From NCBI RefSeq assembly GCF_006345805.1, contig NW_021834771.1, forward strand, positions 1-28,050: a stretch of 28,050 nucleotides of DNA, written 5' to 3'. The first letter of the stretch is position 1. The number at the start of each line of letters is the position of its first letter. The stretch comes from Octopus sinensis. Its lineage: Eukaryota. Below, one piece after another: positions 1 through 11,066 of the stretch. Under the pieces are notes generated by a model that saw only the letters and a list, made by a program, of their open reading frames with translations, made no database searches and was not told the DNA's origin. Both the position numbers and the translations under genes were made by a program.

Positions 1-502
1 GAGATTTTATTGTTGAAGAAAAAGAAAGGGAGGAGCAGGAGGTTTCAGATACACTGAAGCTTACATGTGTGTATGTGTGTGTGGTGTGAAGGTGGGGAGA
101 AACACGGATAAAATGTATCCAGTTAATCCATCCATCAATACATCCATCCATCTTTCTATATCTATATCTATACCAATACGCACAAACACACGTTCACACA
201 CATGCGTATAATACATATATGTACACGCGTATACACCAGCATAAACGAAATAATAAAACAAAGGCAGCTAAGTACATAATGTAGAGTGTTTATCTCATTA
301 ATATTCTTTCAAATTTTTCCGCCATGTTTGTACTCGATGCCATCTATCCACTTGATAGGATATACATTTATCACACAGCTTACCAAAGATGCGTGTTCTT
401 ATCCAATATCATCACCACGATCATCATTATGATCATCAGCTTCGACATCGTCGTCATCGTCATTGTCATAATAATAACACTAATGCTACTACTACAAATA
501 TG

Positions 503-1045
503 ATGATAATAATAATAATAAATAATTAATAATTATAATAATAATGATATATAATAATAAGATAATAATTAATAATAATAATAATAATAATAAAAATAAT
601 AATAAGCGTCATCGCCAACCACCCCCCGCCACCACCACTACCACCACCACCATTATCATCATCATCATTCTTATCACTATTATCACTATCATTATTATTA
701 TTATTATTAATATTATTATTATTATAATAATAATATTAATTATTATTATTATTGGCAGTAGCTATGTTTATAATAATAATAATAATAAGAAGAATACTAA
801 TAATAATAAGAAGAATAAGAAGAATAGTAATAATTTAATAATAATAATAATAATTATAATAATAACAATAATAATCGTCATCACCAACATCATCATCATC
901 ATCATCATCATTATTATTATTATTATTACTATTACTATTACAATTACTATTATTATTATTATTATTATCATCATTATTATTACTATTATTATTATTATAT
1001 ATTATTATTATTATTATATTATTATTATTATTAATATTATTATTA

Positions 1046-1086
<41 letters not shown>

Positions 1087-1120
1087 ATTATTATTATTAT
1101 TGTTATTATTATTATTATTA
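503..1120. repeat. Compound trinucleotide microsatellite, alternating (AAT)n / (ACC)n / (ATC)n / (ATT)n blocks
   Basis: Read directly from sequence. It explains the spurious poly-I/poly-N ORFs 544..1149 and 768..974. Confidence 0.95.
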
Positions 1121-1339
1121 CTGTGTTTGTGGCATTAATAGCAGTGTAATTTTTCAAGTTGCGGTCCTTGCTATGATTATCATTGTTCTTATTTTTGTTA
1201 ATATTTTTTTAAAATTGTTTTTAATCGTTGTTATTGTTGTTTTGTTGTACGTGCTGTTTTTTTCATTCGAATTAGTGTCATGTCATTATTATTTCGATTT
1301 TGAGTTTCATGTGTCATTTAATCAATCGCTATTCCAATT

Positions 1340-1641
1340 ATACATACATTCATATACATATTGTTTTAATATATATATTATATATATATTATATATATAT
1401 ATATATATATCCATATACATATATATATGTACATTTATATTATATTATACATTTATATATATCAATGTATATATTTATATATTTACAGATATATATAATA
1501 TATGAATATACATACATGCATATATACATTTTCCATTTGTAAATATTAATCTGAATAGTTTTATTTTAAAAAATACGCTGTAGATAGAATGTATGCAAGC
1601 AAGCAAGATATATATTAGTATAAAATCAAATAGCAAGAAGG

Positions 1642-1678
<37 letters not shown>

Positions 1679-1814
1679 GCACTTATATTTATATGTTGAT
1701 GGTGCTAAGGATAAAAATATACGCACGCATACTCACATATATGTACGTTTGCACACATAGACAACACACACATACACTTATATACATTTAAAGATATAAA
1801 CTATATATCATGGG

Positions 1815-1845
<31 letters not shown>

Positions 1846-3070
1846 CTATATATATCATATATACATATATATATTTATATATGTATGCATATATGTACAT
1901 ATATGTATATTTATGTATGTATATCACATATATATACATATACATATATATATATATATATATATAATATTAATATATATATCTGTACATCCTACATACG
2001 TACGTACCCACAAAGATATATACTTTATATATCTTTATTGGAAGGTGGCATCTATGTGCTTGCTGTTTTGTGTGTGGTTTGTGAAAGAGGGGGGAGAGAG
2101 AAAAGAGAGAGAGAGAGCTTATATATATATATATGTATATATATACTTTCATAATTCCTCACATATCTTACGTCATTTGTGTACATACACACATATTTAA
2201 CAGATATTTATTCATAATTGAAATCTCCAGCTCAACAATCACAATTTGTATTACACACAATACATTTGCAGCCATACCCGGAAACACTGATGCACACAGA
2301 CACACACACACACACTCATACACACACAAACATATAAGTATATATGTATAAGCCCGCACACATATAGGTATACACACACACACACACATATATATATATA
2401 TTATATATATATAATATATATATATGCTTACATTAATACGTATTGTTTCTCGATTGTAGCTTTGCTGTTTTTCTAATTTTCTATTATCAGCATTTCGATC
2501 AGCGTAATTTTGCCCATATTTCGCCAATAACCACAACAATATCAAGAACAACAACAACAACAAAAACAAGAACAAGAACAACAACAGCAGCAGCAAAAAG
2601 AAGAACCACGATAACAACACCAGTAGCACCAGACAACAACTCCAACAACAATAATAACTACAGTGTCAAGAACAATATTAAGAAAAATAAGATTAATAAT
2701 ATTAATATTTTATAATACTACACACACACACATATATACACATATATATATATATATACATATAAACGTATATATATATCTATATACATATATGCCTATT
2801 TGTATTATATATATACATATATATATATGTATATATATGTATATATATATATGCATATATATATGTATATATATATGCATATATATACATATGTGTATAT
2901 ATATATATATGTATATATATTTATATATACGTATATAAATATATATATCTATATGTATACACATACATATATATGTATGCACTATTTAAAAGTTATGTTT
3001 TATCACGTATATATCTATTTGTATGTGCGTGTGTCTGAATATATATACATACATATACATACATACGTAC
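1340..3070. repeat. (TA)n/(TACA)n/(CA)n-rich low-complexity region with an (ACA)n/(GCA)n block near 2530-2660
   Basis: Read directly; simple-repeat tracts separated by short unique spacers. Confidence 0.9.
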
Positions 3071-3374
3071 ATTCATACCTAACCCCCCTACACACCCACA
3101 CGTATATTCTTTTGAACCAAAATTCATTTCTCTACTGAAAAAACTTCAATCTCACATAATAATATTACAAAACGATATAAATATTTCGGCAAATGAATAT
3201 GACAAACTAATATTGTAAATCAATATTAAGCAATATAAATGCAGTATTTCGTAAGCTACAAAAACTATAACCACAAAAATCAAACCACAGAAGACATGAC
3301 AATAATTGTCAGACACATAGTGGCGTAGATATCTGAATATATGTTCACGACAAACCAATTACCCGCTGGTATTT

Positions 3375-3613
3375 AAGGCGGCGAGCTGGCAGAATCGTTA
3401 GCACGCCGGACGGAATGCTTAGCGGTATTTCGTCTGTCTTCACATTCTGAGTTCAAATTCCGCCGAGGTCGACTTTGCCTTTCATCCTTTCGGGGTCGTT
3501 TAAATAAGTACCAGTTACGTTTAAATAAGTACCAGTCGACTTAATCCGTTTGTCTGTCCTTGTTTGTCCTCTCTGCGTTTAGCCCCTTGTGGGTAGTACA
3601 GAAATAGGTATTT
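3375..3613 (+). mobile_element. tRNA-derived SINE, family A (tail type i)
   Basis: Head AAGGCGGCGAGCTGGCAGAATCGTTAGC (A-box-like) and B-box GAGTTCAAATTCC. The body GAGGTCGACTTTGCCTTTCATCCTTTCGGGGTCG recurs many times in the window. The tail ...AGCCCCTTGTGGG...GAAATA is shared with 15363-15594 and 21895-22127. Confidence 0.9.
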
Positions 3614-3720
3614 GAGCCTTCCACCGTACCTTGAATCCTTGTTCTAATCCGGCTAGGACTAAATTTTTACAGGTAAAGTGTCGACTGTTTGGAGATCTTG
3701 GTGAGAGTCCATTAGTTTTA

Positions 3721-3975
3721 TTGGGTTGGTGCTTAATTATTGCGGCTTTTTTTCAACAAATCTTATTCAACAAAATCAATAACAATAGTTAACAAAGACA
3801 TCTTTAAATGACGGTTTGACCGTCAGCCAACCAAATGGGAAGCAGTAATTGAAGTAGATGGTGAATATGCTTCGGAATAATCATTTAAAGATGTTTTTGT
3901 TACATGTTGTTATAGTTTTTGTTGAATAAAATTTGTTGAAAAGAAAAAAGCCATAATAATTATTCACCAACCCAG
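3721..3975. mobile_element. Mariner-type MITE (Hsmar1/MADE1-like termini)
   Basis: TA at 3719-3720 and 3976-3977. Imperfect terminal inverted arms of about 95 bp (TTGGGTTGGTGCTTAATTATTGCGGCTTTT... / ...AAAAAAGCCATAATAATTATTCACCAACCCAG). No ORF. Confidence 0.85.
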
Positions 3976-4426
3976 TACAATGGATGATTAAAAACAGTAT
4001 AACGTACTAGAAAAAAAGATTAGCACATCGATAAAAGAAGGAATTGTTGACACGTAGCTAGCTGACAATGTAAGGTACGGTTTTGTCCATGTCTTTATTT
4101 TTTGTGTTCCTGTAAACCCAGATAAGCCGCGTCTCAAAATAGACTTAATTCCTACTTCATATTCGACTAGCAGTTGAACCGTTGATCTCATGTATCAACT
4201 TAAGAGACTGACTATTTCTCCACTGCAAATCTACTAATCCACTGACATTTAAGGACTGCATAAGTGTGTGATTTAAGCTGATATTTAACTAAAGGAGTAG
4301 CGAAAGATAACGACTTGTAGTTTTGTAGAAGGCTAATTAACGTTGTTGAGTGGCCGTTGTTAATGGTTAGTTATACATAAAAGAAACAATCATTACGGTT
4401 CCTAGCGGTAAAACAAGGCTAAATAG

Positions 4427-4652
4427 TTACTCTTTTAATATTTTGCTTGCTTCAGTCATTTGACTACGGCCATGCTAGAGCACCGCCCTAAGGGATTTAG
4501 TCGAAGAAGTCAACACCAGGATTTATTCTTTGTAAGCATAGTACTTATTCTCTCGGTCTCTTTTGCCGAATCGCTTGGTTACTGGGACATTAACACACCA
4601 GCATTGGTTGTCAAGCGATGGCGGGGTCATAAACACACACACACACACACAA
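4427..4652 (-). mobile_element. SINE family B, 3' half
   Basis: Reverse complement of the 3' half of the copies at 8621 and 10592 (...GGCCGyAGTCAAATGACTGAAAC...AAAAGAG tail), ending in a CA microsatellite. Confidence 0.88.
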
Positions 4653-4766
4653 TTCAGGACGTGACTTCTTGCTGTGCCTGTTTAAGAATTTGTAGAGGTA
4701 GGACATAAAATTTGGAATTAAATATAAACTCTAGATTTGGTTGCAATAAGCATAAAGAACGATTCC

Positions 4767-4843
4767 GGACCTGGTGGAGGTGTACATGAAAGCTTCGGAT
4801 CTGGTGGAGGTAAAAATAAGATATCTCAGGATCTGGTGGAGGT
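4767..4843 (+). repeat. Three spaced copies of GGA(C/T)CTGGTGGAGGT
   Basis: Copies at 4767-4781, 4797-4811 and 4829-4843, offset by 30 and 32 nt. Confidence 0.9.
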
Positions 4844-5056
4844 ATGCATAAACACACATTCCGTATTACCAATTTCGTCGGCATTTGTTTGTTACAGGTT
4901 TCCAATTGACCAAACATTGGTTCATTAATCTAACTAAGCGAGAGTAACAAAGGAGAGCTTGTAACACGATGTTTCTTTAAAGAAATTATTCCTAAATGTA
5001 TGAGGAACGTATTGCATTTGCGGTTCTTTCCTAAGTGTATATACATGGATTATATA

Positions 5057-5582
5057 CAGTGCTATTCAAAAAGAAAGAGCAGATTTCAAATTTGTTTTTA
5101 AAACAAGCGGTAAGAGACACAAGCACATTCTACATATTTCTTGATAAGGGAAGGTTTAAAATGTATTTTAAGATAGTATGCACTCAACATCGAAACCTTT
5201 TTCTGTGAAATTTTTATGTTGTTCGTAAATTTGCTTGTGACAAAGTGGATTTTTATTGAATTGGCGGCGAAATTCACGTTGCACTTGCAAAATCGATTCG
5301 CATTTCTCAAACTGCAGCGCACAAAAAGACTTTACTTGTGGCGTCGCCATTTTCTAAGGGATTACACAAATGAAAATTATACAACTTTTATGAAAATTAA
5401 CAAAATGAAACATTAAAACAAAATTAAAATATTATTTTATTTAAGGCTTAATACAATTGATCATGTTCAGCTATAAACTTGAAACCTTCCCCTATCAAGA
5501 AATAGGTAGAATGTGTTTTGCGTCTCTTACCATTTGTTTTAAAAATATATTTGAAATCTGCTCTTTGTTTTAAATAACCCTG
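5057..5582 (-). mobile_element. Internally deleted Tc1/mariner-superfamily transposon
   Basis: TA at 5055-5056 and 5583-5584. Inverted arms of about 105 bp (CAGTGCTATTCAAAAAGAAAGAGCAGATTTCAAAT... / ...ATTTGAAATCTGCTCTTTGTTTTAAATAACCCTG). Contains a transposase N-terminal remnant. Confidence 0.88.
5168..5350 (-). pseudogene. Truncated transposase N-terminal helix-turn-helix (DUF4817-like)
   Basis: MATPQVKSFCALQFEKCESILQVQREFRRQFNKNPLCHKQIYEQHKNFTEKG matches the DUF4817-type HTH pattern (S...VQR.FRR.F...P.....I..W...F.ETG) as recalled. It lies between the TIRs and lacks the DDD catalytic domain. Confidence 0.8.
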
Positions 5583-5632
<50 letters not shown>

Positions 5633-5665
5633 GTGTGTGTGTGTGTGTGTGTGTATGTGTGTGTG

Positions 5666-6017
5666 TATCAAATACAAAATGGGACAAGAACGCAAAACAC
5701 CCGGACAACTAGGTGATACAAAAAAAAAAAGAAAGAAAAACAAGGACGGGTCATTCGAAGCTTACTATCCTCAGTCAAGGACCGGATCATCAATGCTCTT
5801 AGCTTAGTTTTTCCTTGGGGCTGGCCGGATTGGAGCAATCTCAAGATTAATCAGCCGAAATTGCGAGTATGATCCGGTTCTTGACTGAGGATAGAAAGCT
5901 TCGAATAACCCGTCCTTGTTTTTTTTTTGCATCGTCTATCTGGATGTTTTGTTGTCCCTTTTTGTATCACTTAGTTTTTCGGATGTTTTGTGTTCTTGCC
6001 CCATTTTATATTTTATA
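5666..6017. mobile_element. Unclassified inverted-repeat element embedded in microsatellites
   Basis: Left arm about 5666-5790 and right arm about 5869-6017 are imperfect reverse complements (CAAGGACGGGTCATTCGAAGCTTACTATCCTCAGTCAAGGACCGGATCAT / ATGATCCGGTTCTTGACTGAGGATAGAAAGCTTCGAATAACCCGTCCTTG). Flanked by (TA)n(TG)n and (TA)n/(CA)n. Confidence 0.75.
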
Positions 6018-6049
6018 TATATATAGCGGCGCATGTACACTTTGTTTTC

Positions 6050-6053
6050 TTAT

Positions 6054-6090
<37 letters not shown>

Positions 6091-6126
6091 ACACACACAC
6101 ACAAACACACACACACCACACCACAC

Positions 6127-6161
<35 letters not shown>

Positions 6162-6186
6162 CACACCACACACACAAACACACACA

Positions 6187-6240
<54 letters not shown>

Positions 6241-6258
6241 CTCACACACACAAACACT

Positions 6259-6300
<42 letters not shown>

Positions 6301-6302
6301 CA
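6050..6302. repeat. (CA)n/(TA)n microsatellite
   Basis: Read directly; source of the HT/CV-repeat ORFs. Confidence 0.95.
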
Positions 6303-6899
6303 TAACTCCTTTTAGCTCCTCCCTTCATCCTCATGGTAATAATATCCATGTTATTTGGCCCACTGCAAAACAAAATACATCTTTTGAATATGCAGTGAGC
6401 AAAGAAAACGTTTTCTATTTCAGTTTGTAATTAGGGGGTTATCTTTATATTCTTTGGTTGTTGCCTAATAGATAAGGATATGATTAACTAACATTTGAAG
6501 GTGAATTTAATTTCAAAAACAATATAATTTGTCCAAATATAATTTACTTACCCCCCCACACACACACTCACCTCCACTTATTTGTATACCTTTTAAATTT
6601 GTTTATGAGAAACGTTTTGAATATGCAAATAAAGCTCCTATTCCATTATACTGGTCACAGTCTAATAAATGCTGACTGGGGAACCGGTTTTGGGGGGTTG
6701 TATCAAGCTGTACCAATATAATGTGGGGTAAATACAATAAGCCTTGGATATTATTATTATTGAGTGAGAGAGCAGTGCATGCCATCAAAGTGACACTGGG
6801 ATAAAATATACGAAGCCCAGTATACCCGTCTGGTTAGGGTACACCAGGCACAATGCAGTGAGAGAGGTGAGAGGGAGAGATAAAGAAGGAGAGAGCAGG

Positions 6900-6936
<37 letters not shown>

Positions 6937-7359
6937 AGTTATGGCTGACATATTTGGTTGTAAGTCTGACGGAGCAAGAATAACTTGAGAGCTAAATGAC
7001 CACCACAACGACAACAACAGCAACATGAGACAATCCAGATCCGAAGGAGTAAACACAGAGGAATGCAAAACAATTAATGTGTGCATGGGGATGGCTGTAT
7101 GTGTGTTTCTCTGTGTGTGTTTCTGTGTGTGTGTGTGGAAGGCGTTGACAACTTTAGGTAAGATGCTCTTCAGAATGTGCCACTCCAAAGTCTCAGATAT
7201 TTCACAGACATTCCTTTCGATTATCTTCCATTCCTAATTCTCCTCAATGGTTTTTAGCAAAACACAATTATCATTACAACAGGACCAATTGACCGCCCCG
7301 CTATAAAAAAAAAACATTAGATCTCCACCGCCAATCCTAACCAACCAACCAACCAACCA

Positions 7360-7619
7360 ACTGATCATTATCATCATCATCACACAGGCAACAACACTAC
7401 CACCAGTACCACCGTCGTCATCATCATCACCATCATCGTTATCATCATCATCATCATCACTATGATCCTGATCATCATTATCATCCTCATCATCCTCATC
7501 ATCATCGTCGTCATCATCATCATCATCATAATCATCATCATCATCATCAGCAGCAGCAGGGCAGTAACGAACGTCATCATCATCATCATCATCAGCAGCA
7601 GCAGGGCAGTAACGAACGT

Positions 7620-7650
<31 letters not shown>

Positions 7651-7922
7651 GTCGTCGTGATTGTCGGTCATCATTACCACCATTGTCAGCACCATCATCA
7701 TCATCAATATCATCATCATCATCATCATTATCGTCGTCGTCGTGGTCGTGGTTGTCGGTGTCATTATTACCTTTGTCGTCATCATTATCCTGACCATTAT
7801 CATCAATCATCATCATCATCATCATCATTGTCATGAGCGACAACAGCAGACACAGCAACAACAACAACAAAACCGGGATCATCTATTTGCCACATCATCT
7901 TAAGAGAGACAAAGAGAGAGTG

Positions 7923-7960
<38 letters not shown>
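7360..7960. repeat. (ATC)n/(GTC)n/(CAG)n compound microsatellite with an internal 45-bp tandem duplication, followed by (GA)n
   Basis: GCAGTAACGAACGTC at 7561-7575 and 7606-7620 (period 45; about 2.6 units over 7531-7649). (GA)n near 7912-7960. Confidence 0.92.
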
Positions 7961-7964
<4 letters not shown>

Positions 7965-8620
7965 AGAACGAAGGAGAGAGAGAGAAATGATTGGAGGGGG
8001 GGTCACCTCATTTTCATAACGCACCACTTCCACCTCCACCCTTCTATTCACTTTCCCTCCTTTCCTCCCTCCCCCTTACACTTATGACGACATTTTTTTT
8101 TTTGCCTTCCTACATCCTGTATTTATCAAATGTCTTACTAATTACTCTTCGCGCTATTACTTTCCTTACACTAGCCTCCATATGTCATCACGTTGAACTT
8201 CATCAAATTAATATGTACTTTCTACATCTGATCCTCCAGCCTCCTACTACGACTACACACACCTTCCTCTCCCTTTCCCCCGCTCTCTTTCTCTCTGTGA
8301 CTGTATGTATATTCAATATAAGAGTATGTATATATGTGTGTGTGTGTGTGTGTGTATAGGTCTTTTAAGTTATATCAAATAATGTGACCTTCTTAATAAG
8401 GGCGTGTGTTAAATTACTCTTGTTTCTGTCAGTAGGTATGAACCTATGCTTTTACACATACGTAAGTGTGTGTGTGGTGTGTGTGTGTGCACGAGTGTAT
8501 AACATATATTATATGTACATATATACTACATATACGTATATGTATTATGTGTGAGCATACATATATATATATATATATATTATATATATTATATATATAT
8601 AATATATATATATATACATA

Positions 8621-9018
8621 TAGGCGCATAGTGGCTGTGTGGTAAGTAGCCTGTCCTACCACCACATGGTCCACGGGTTCATCCACTGCGTGGCATCTTG
8701 GGAAGTGTCTTCTGCTATAGCCTCGGCCCCCCCCAAGCCTTTGAGTGGATTTGGTGACGGAAACTGAAAGAAGCCTGTCGTATATATGTATATATATATA
8801 TATGTATATGTGTGTATATGTTTGTGTGTCTGTTTTTGTCCTCCCTAGCATTGCTGACACCGTGCGGCGTGTTTCGTCTCCGTCACTAGCGTTCGGCAAA
8901 AGAGAACCGATAGAATAAGTATGGGCTTACAAAGAATAAGTCCGGGGTTGTTGATTTTGCTCGGCTAATGCGGTGCTCCATCATGGCCGCAGTCAAATAT
9001 ACTGAAACAATATAAAGA
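8621..9018 (+). mobile_element. SINE family B, full length
   Basis: Head AGTGGCTGTGTGGTAAGTAGC...GGGTTCA, central (TA)/(TG) tract and tail GGCCGCAGTCAAAT..ACTGAAACAA. Collinear with 10592-10991 and 21295-21672. Confidence 0.9.
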
Positions 9019-9206
9019 TATAAAATAATATATATTAATACAAACACACACAGACAAACACACATATATGGATAATATATATACATGTAAATATGTGTAT
9101 ATATCATTGTATGTTTTACATATATATACTTGTGTGTGTATATATATATATATGTTGTGTGTGTTGTGTTGTGTGGATTATATATGTATATATGTATATG
9201 TATATG

Positions 9207-9283
<77 letters not shown>

Positions 9284-9717
9284 ATATGTATACATATGCG
9301 TGTTTATATGTGTGCGTTCGTGTACATTCATCACTAATCGTTGTACAGTTGAGTAATTAACATTTTAGTTTTTTCTGTCTCACATTTAACCTGATATGTC
9401 TCCGAGAATTCAGTACAGAGTGATTATATGGCCGACCCAGTAGGAGCTGTTGCGAAGATTGCACCTACCACCACCAGCACCACCACCACCACCAACCACC
9501 AACCACACTACAACAACAACAACAAAAACAGCTGCATCAGAAACAGTGGCAACAATTACTACATCATCATCATCATCATCATCAGCAACAACGACAACAA
9601 TTAGGCGAGAACATCATTGAAAACAACGCTGTTGCAATTAAGACGCAATCAAAATTTATGCGAAAGATCAACGGCACCATCACTAACAACAACAACAACA
9701 ACAACAACAACATCGAT

Positions 9718-10104
9718 GGAAGGAAGCACTCCGTCGGTTACGACGACGAGGGTTCCGGTTGATCCGATCAACGGAACAGCCTGCTCGTGGAATTAACGTG
9801 TAAGTGGCTGAGCACTCCACAGACAAGTGTACCCTTAACGTAGTTCTCGGGGATATTCAGCGTGACACAGAGAGTGACAAGGCCGACCCTTTAAAATACA
9901 TGTACAACAGAAATAGGAAGTAAGAGTGAGAGAAAGTTGTGGTGAAAGAGTACAGCAGGGATCACCACCATCCCCTGCCGGAGCCTCGTGGAGCTTTAGG
10001 TGTTTTCGCTCAATAAACACTCACAACGCCCGGTCTGGGAATCGAAACCGCGATCCTATGACCGCGAGTCCGCTGCCCTAACCACTGGGCCATTGCGCCT
10101 CCAC
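9718..10104 (-). mobile_element. tRNA-derived SINE family C, full length, with TSD
   Basis: Minus-strand head GTGGAGGCGCAATGGCCCAGTGGTTAGG (A box) ... GGTTTCGATTCCC (B box). TSD AACATCGAT at 9709-9717 and 10105-10113. 3' tail shared with 14093-14408. Confidence 0.9.
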
Positions 10105-10303
10105 AACATCGATAGCAACAATATGAATAACTGCTGTAAGAAAAGAAAAATATTATAGAATAATCACAGCAATAGCAAGAAAATAATCAATAATAACGAT
10201 CGTTTCTGCTCCAGCAGTGGCTTACAATCGGGGCTCTTTTGGCCCTTGGAAATCCTTATAAAATTCTATTGAATTATTGAGCTTATTTTAATAACCAGCT
10301 GAT

Positions 10304-10435
10304 CTAGCAAGCGGGGCCTCATATCAGTGAGGGGGGCCGGTGCGCATTGATGCCGTCGAGAGTAGGCCCCGAAACGGCGCGCATTCTCTCCTGATGACCC
10401 CATACACTTGCTGGCTTCCGGTATACGGAGCTTTT
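10304..10435. other. GC-rich island with extensive self-complementarity (candidate structured RNA or degenerate hammerhead-like relic)
   Basis: Complementary pairs: CTAGCAAG/CTTGCTGG, GGGG/CCCC, ATCAG/CTGAT, TGCGC/GCGCA, GCCGT/ACGGC, GGGGCCT/AGGCCCC, GAGAG/CTCTC. 3' hairpin GCTTCCG-GTATA-CGGAGC followed by TTTT. Confidence 0.35.
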
Positions 10436-10591
10436 GACTGGTAGCACTTGCATGTGCAAGTTGTTTGAAAGACATTTTGTTGTTAAAATTTATGTGAAAT
10501 CAATTGGTTAAAAAAACTGTTACTGAATGTCTCTCATTGAGAGATTTAGAAATAAAAATATTTGTATATTTTGATCAGTGTAGGAGTAAGT

Positions 10592-10991
10592 GTGGCTGTG
10601 TGGTAAGTAGCTTGCTTACGGACCACATAGTTCCGGGTTCAGTCCCACGCGTAGCACGTTGGGCAAGTGTCTTCTACTATAGCCTCGGGCCGACAAAATC
10701 CTTGTGAGTGGATTTGGTAGACGGAAAGTGAAAGAAGCCTGTCGTATATATGTATATATATATGTGTATGTGTGTGTATATGTTTGTGTGTCTGTGTTTG
10801 TCCCGCCAACATCGCTTGAAAACTGATGTTGTTGTGTTTAGGTCCCAGTAAGTTAGCGGTTCAGCAAGAGAGACCGATAGAATAAGTACTAGGCTTACAA
10901 AGAATAAGTCCTGAGGTCGATTTGCTCGACTAAAGGCCGTGTTCCAGCATGGCCACAGTCAAATGACTGAAACAAATAAAAGAGTAAAAGA
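10592..10991 (+). mobile_element. SINE family B, near full length
   Basis: GTGGCTGTGTGGTAAGTAGCTTGCTTAC...CCGGGTTCAGTCCCA...TTGGGCAAGTGTCTTC... with tail AAAAGAGTAAAAGAG. Confidence 0.92.
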
Positions 10992-11066
10992 GTGGCTGTG
11001 CGTTACCATTGAAAACTATGTGCTCGAACGGTGAAATCGGCAGCGCCGTCTGGCCAAAGCAGCTTC

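Noticed and set aside
3673-3700. Possible 28-nt microexon (TTTTTACAG|GTAAAG...ATCTTG|GTGAGA)
   Set aside because: Not frame-symmetric, no recognisable peptide, and such AG/GT pairs are common by chance.
5884-5915. CTGAGGA...GAAT...GTC as a hammerhead in the inverted-repeat element
   Set aside because: No stem I or stem II can be formed, and GAAA is replaced by GAAT.
10040-10104. Genuine tRNA gene (also the heads of families A and B)
   Set aside because: A and B boxes are present but there is no complete cloverleaf or acceptor stem, and the heads continue into SINE bodies with TSDs.
10295-10330. Resemblance to 7SK (GCTGATCT) or the RNase MRP 3' motif (GGGGC.TCAT..TCAG)
   Set aside because: The required partner motifs (upstream GATC stem; GAAAGTCCCC CR-I) are absent, and the upstream sequence is AT-rich.
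10412-10426. Minus-strand peptide VYRKP, like the Penelope RT motif
   Set aside because: The flanking residues do not match the usual T.T..YL...S.HP continuation; a five-residue match is likely chance.
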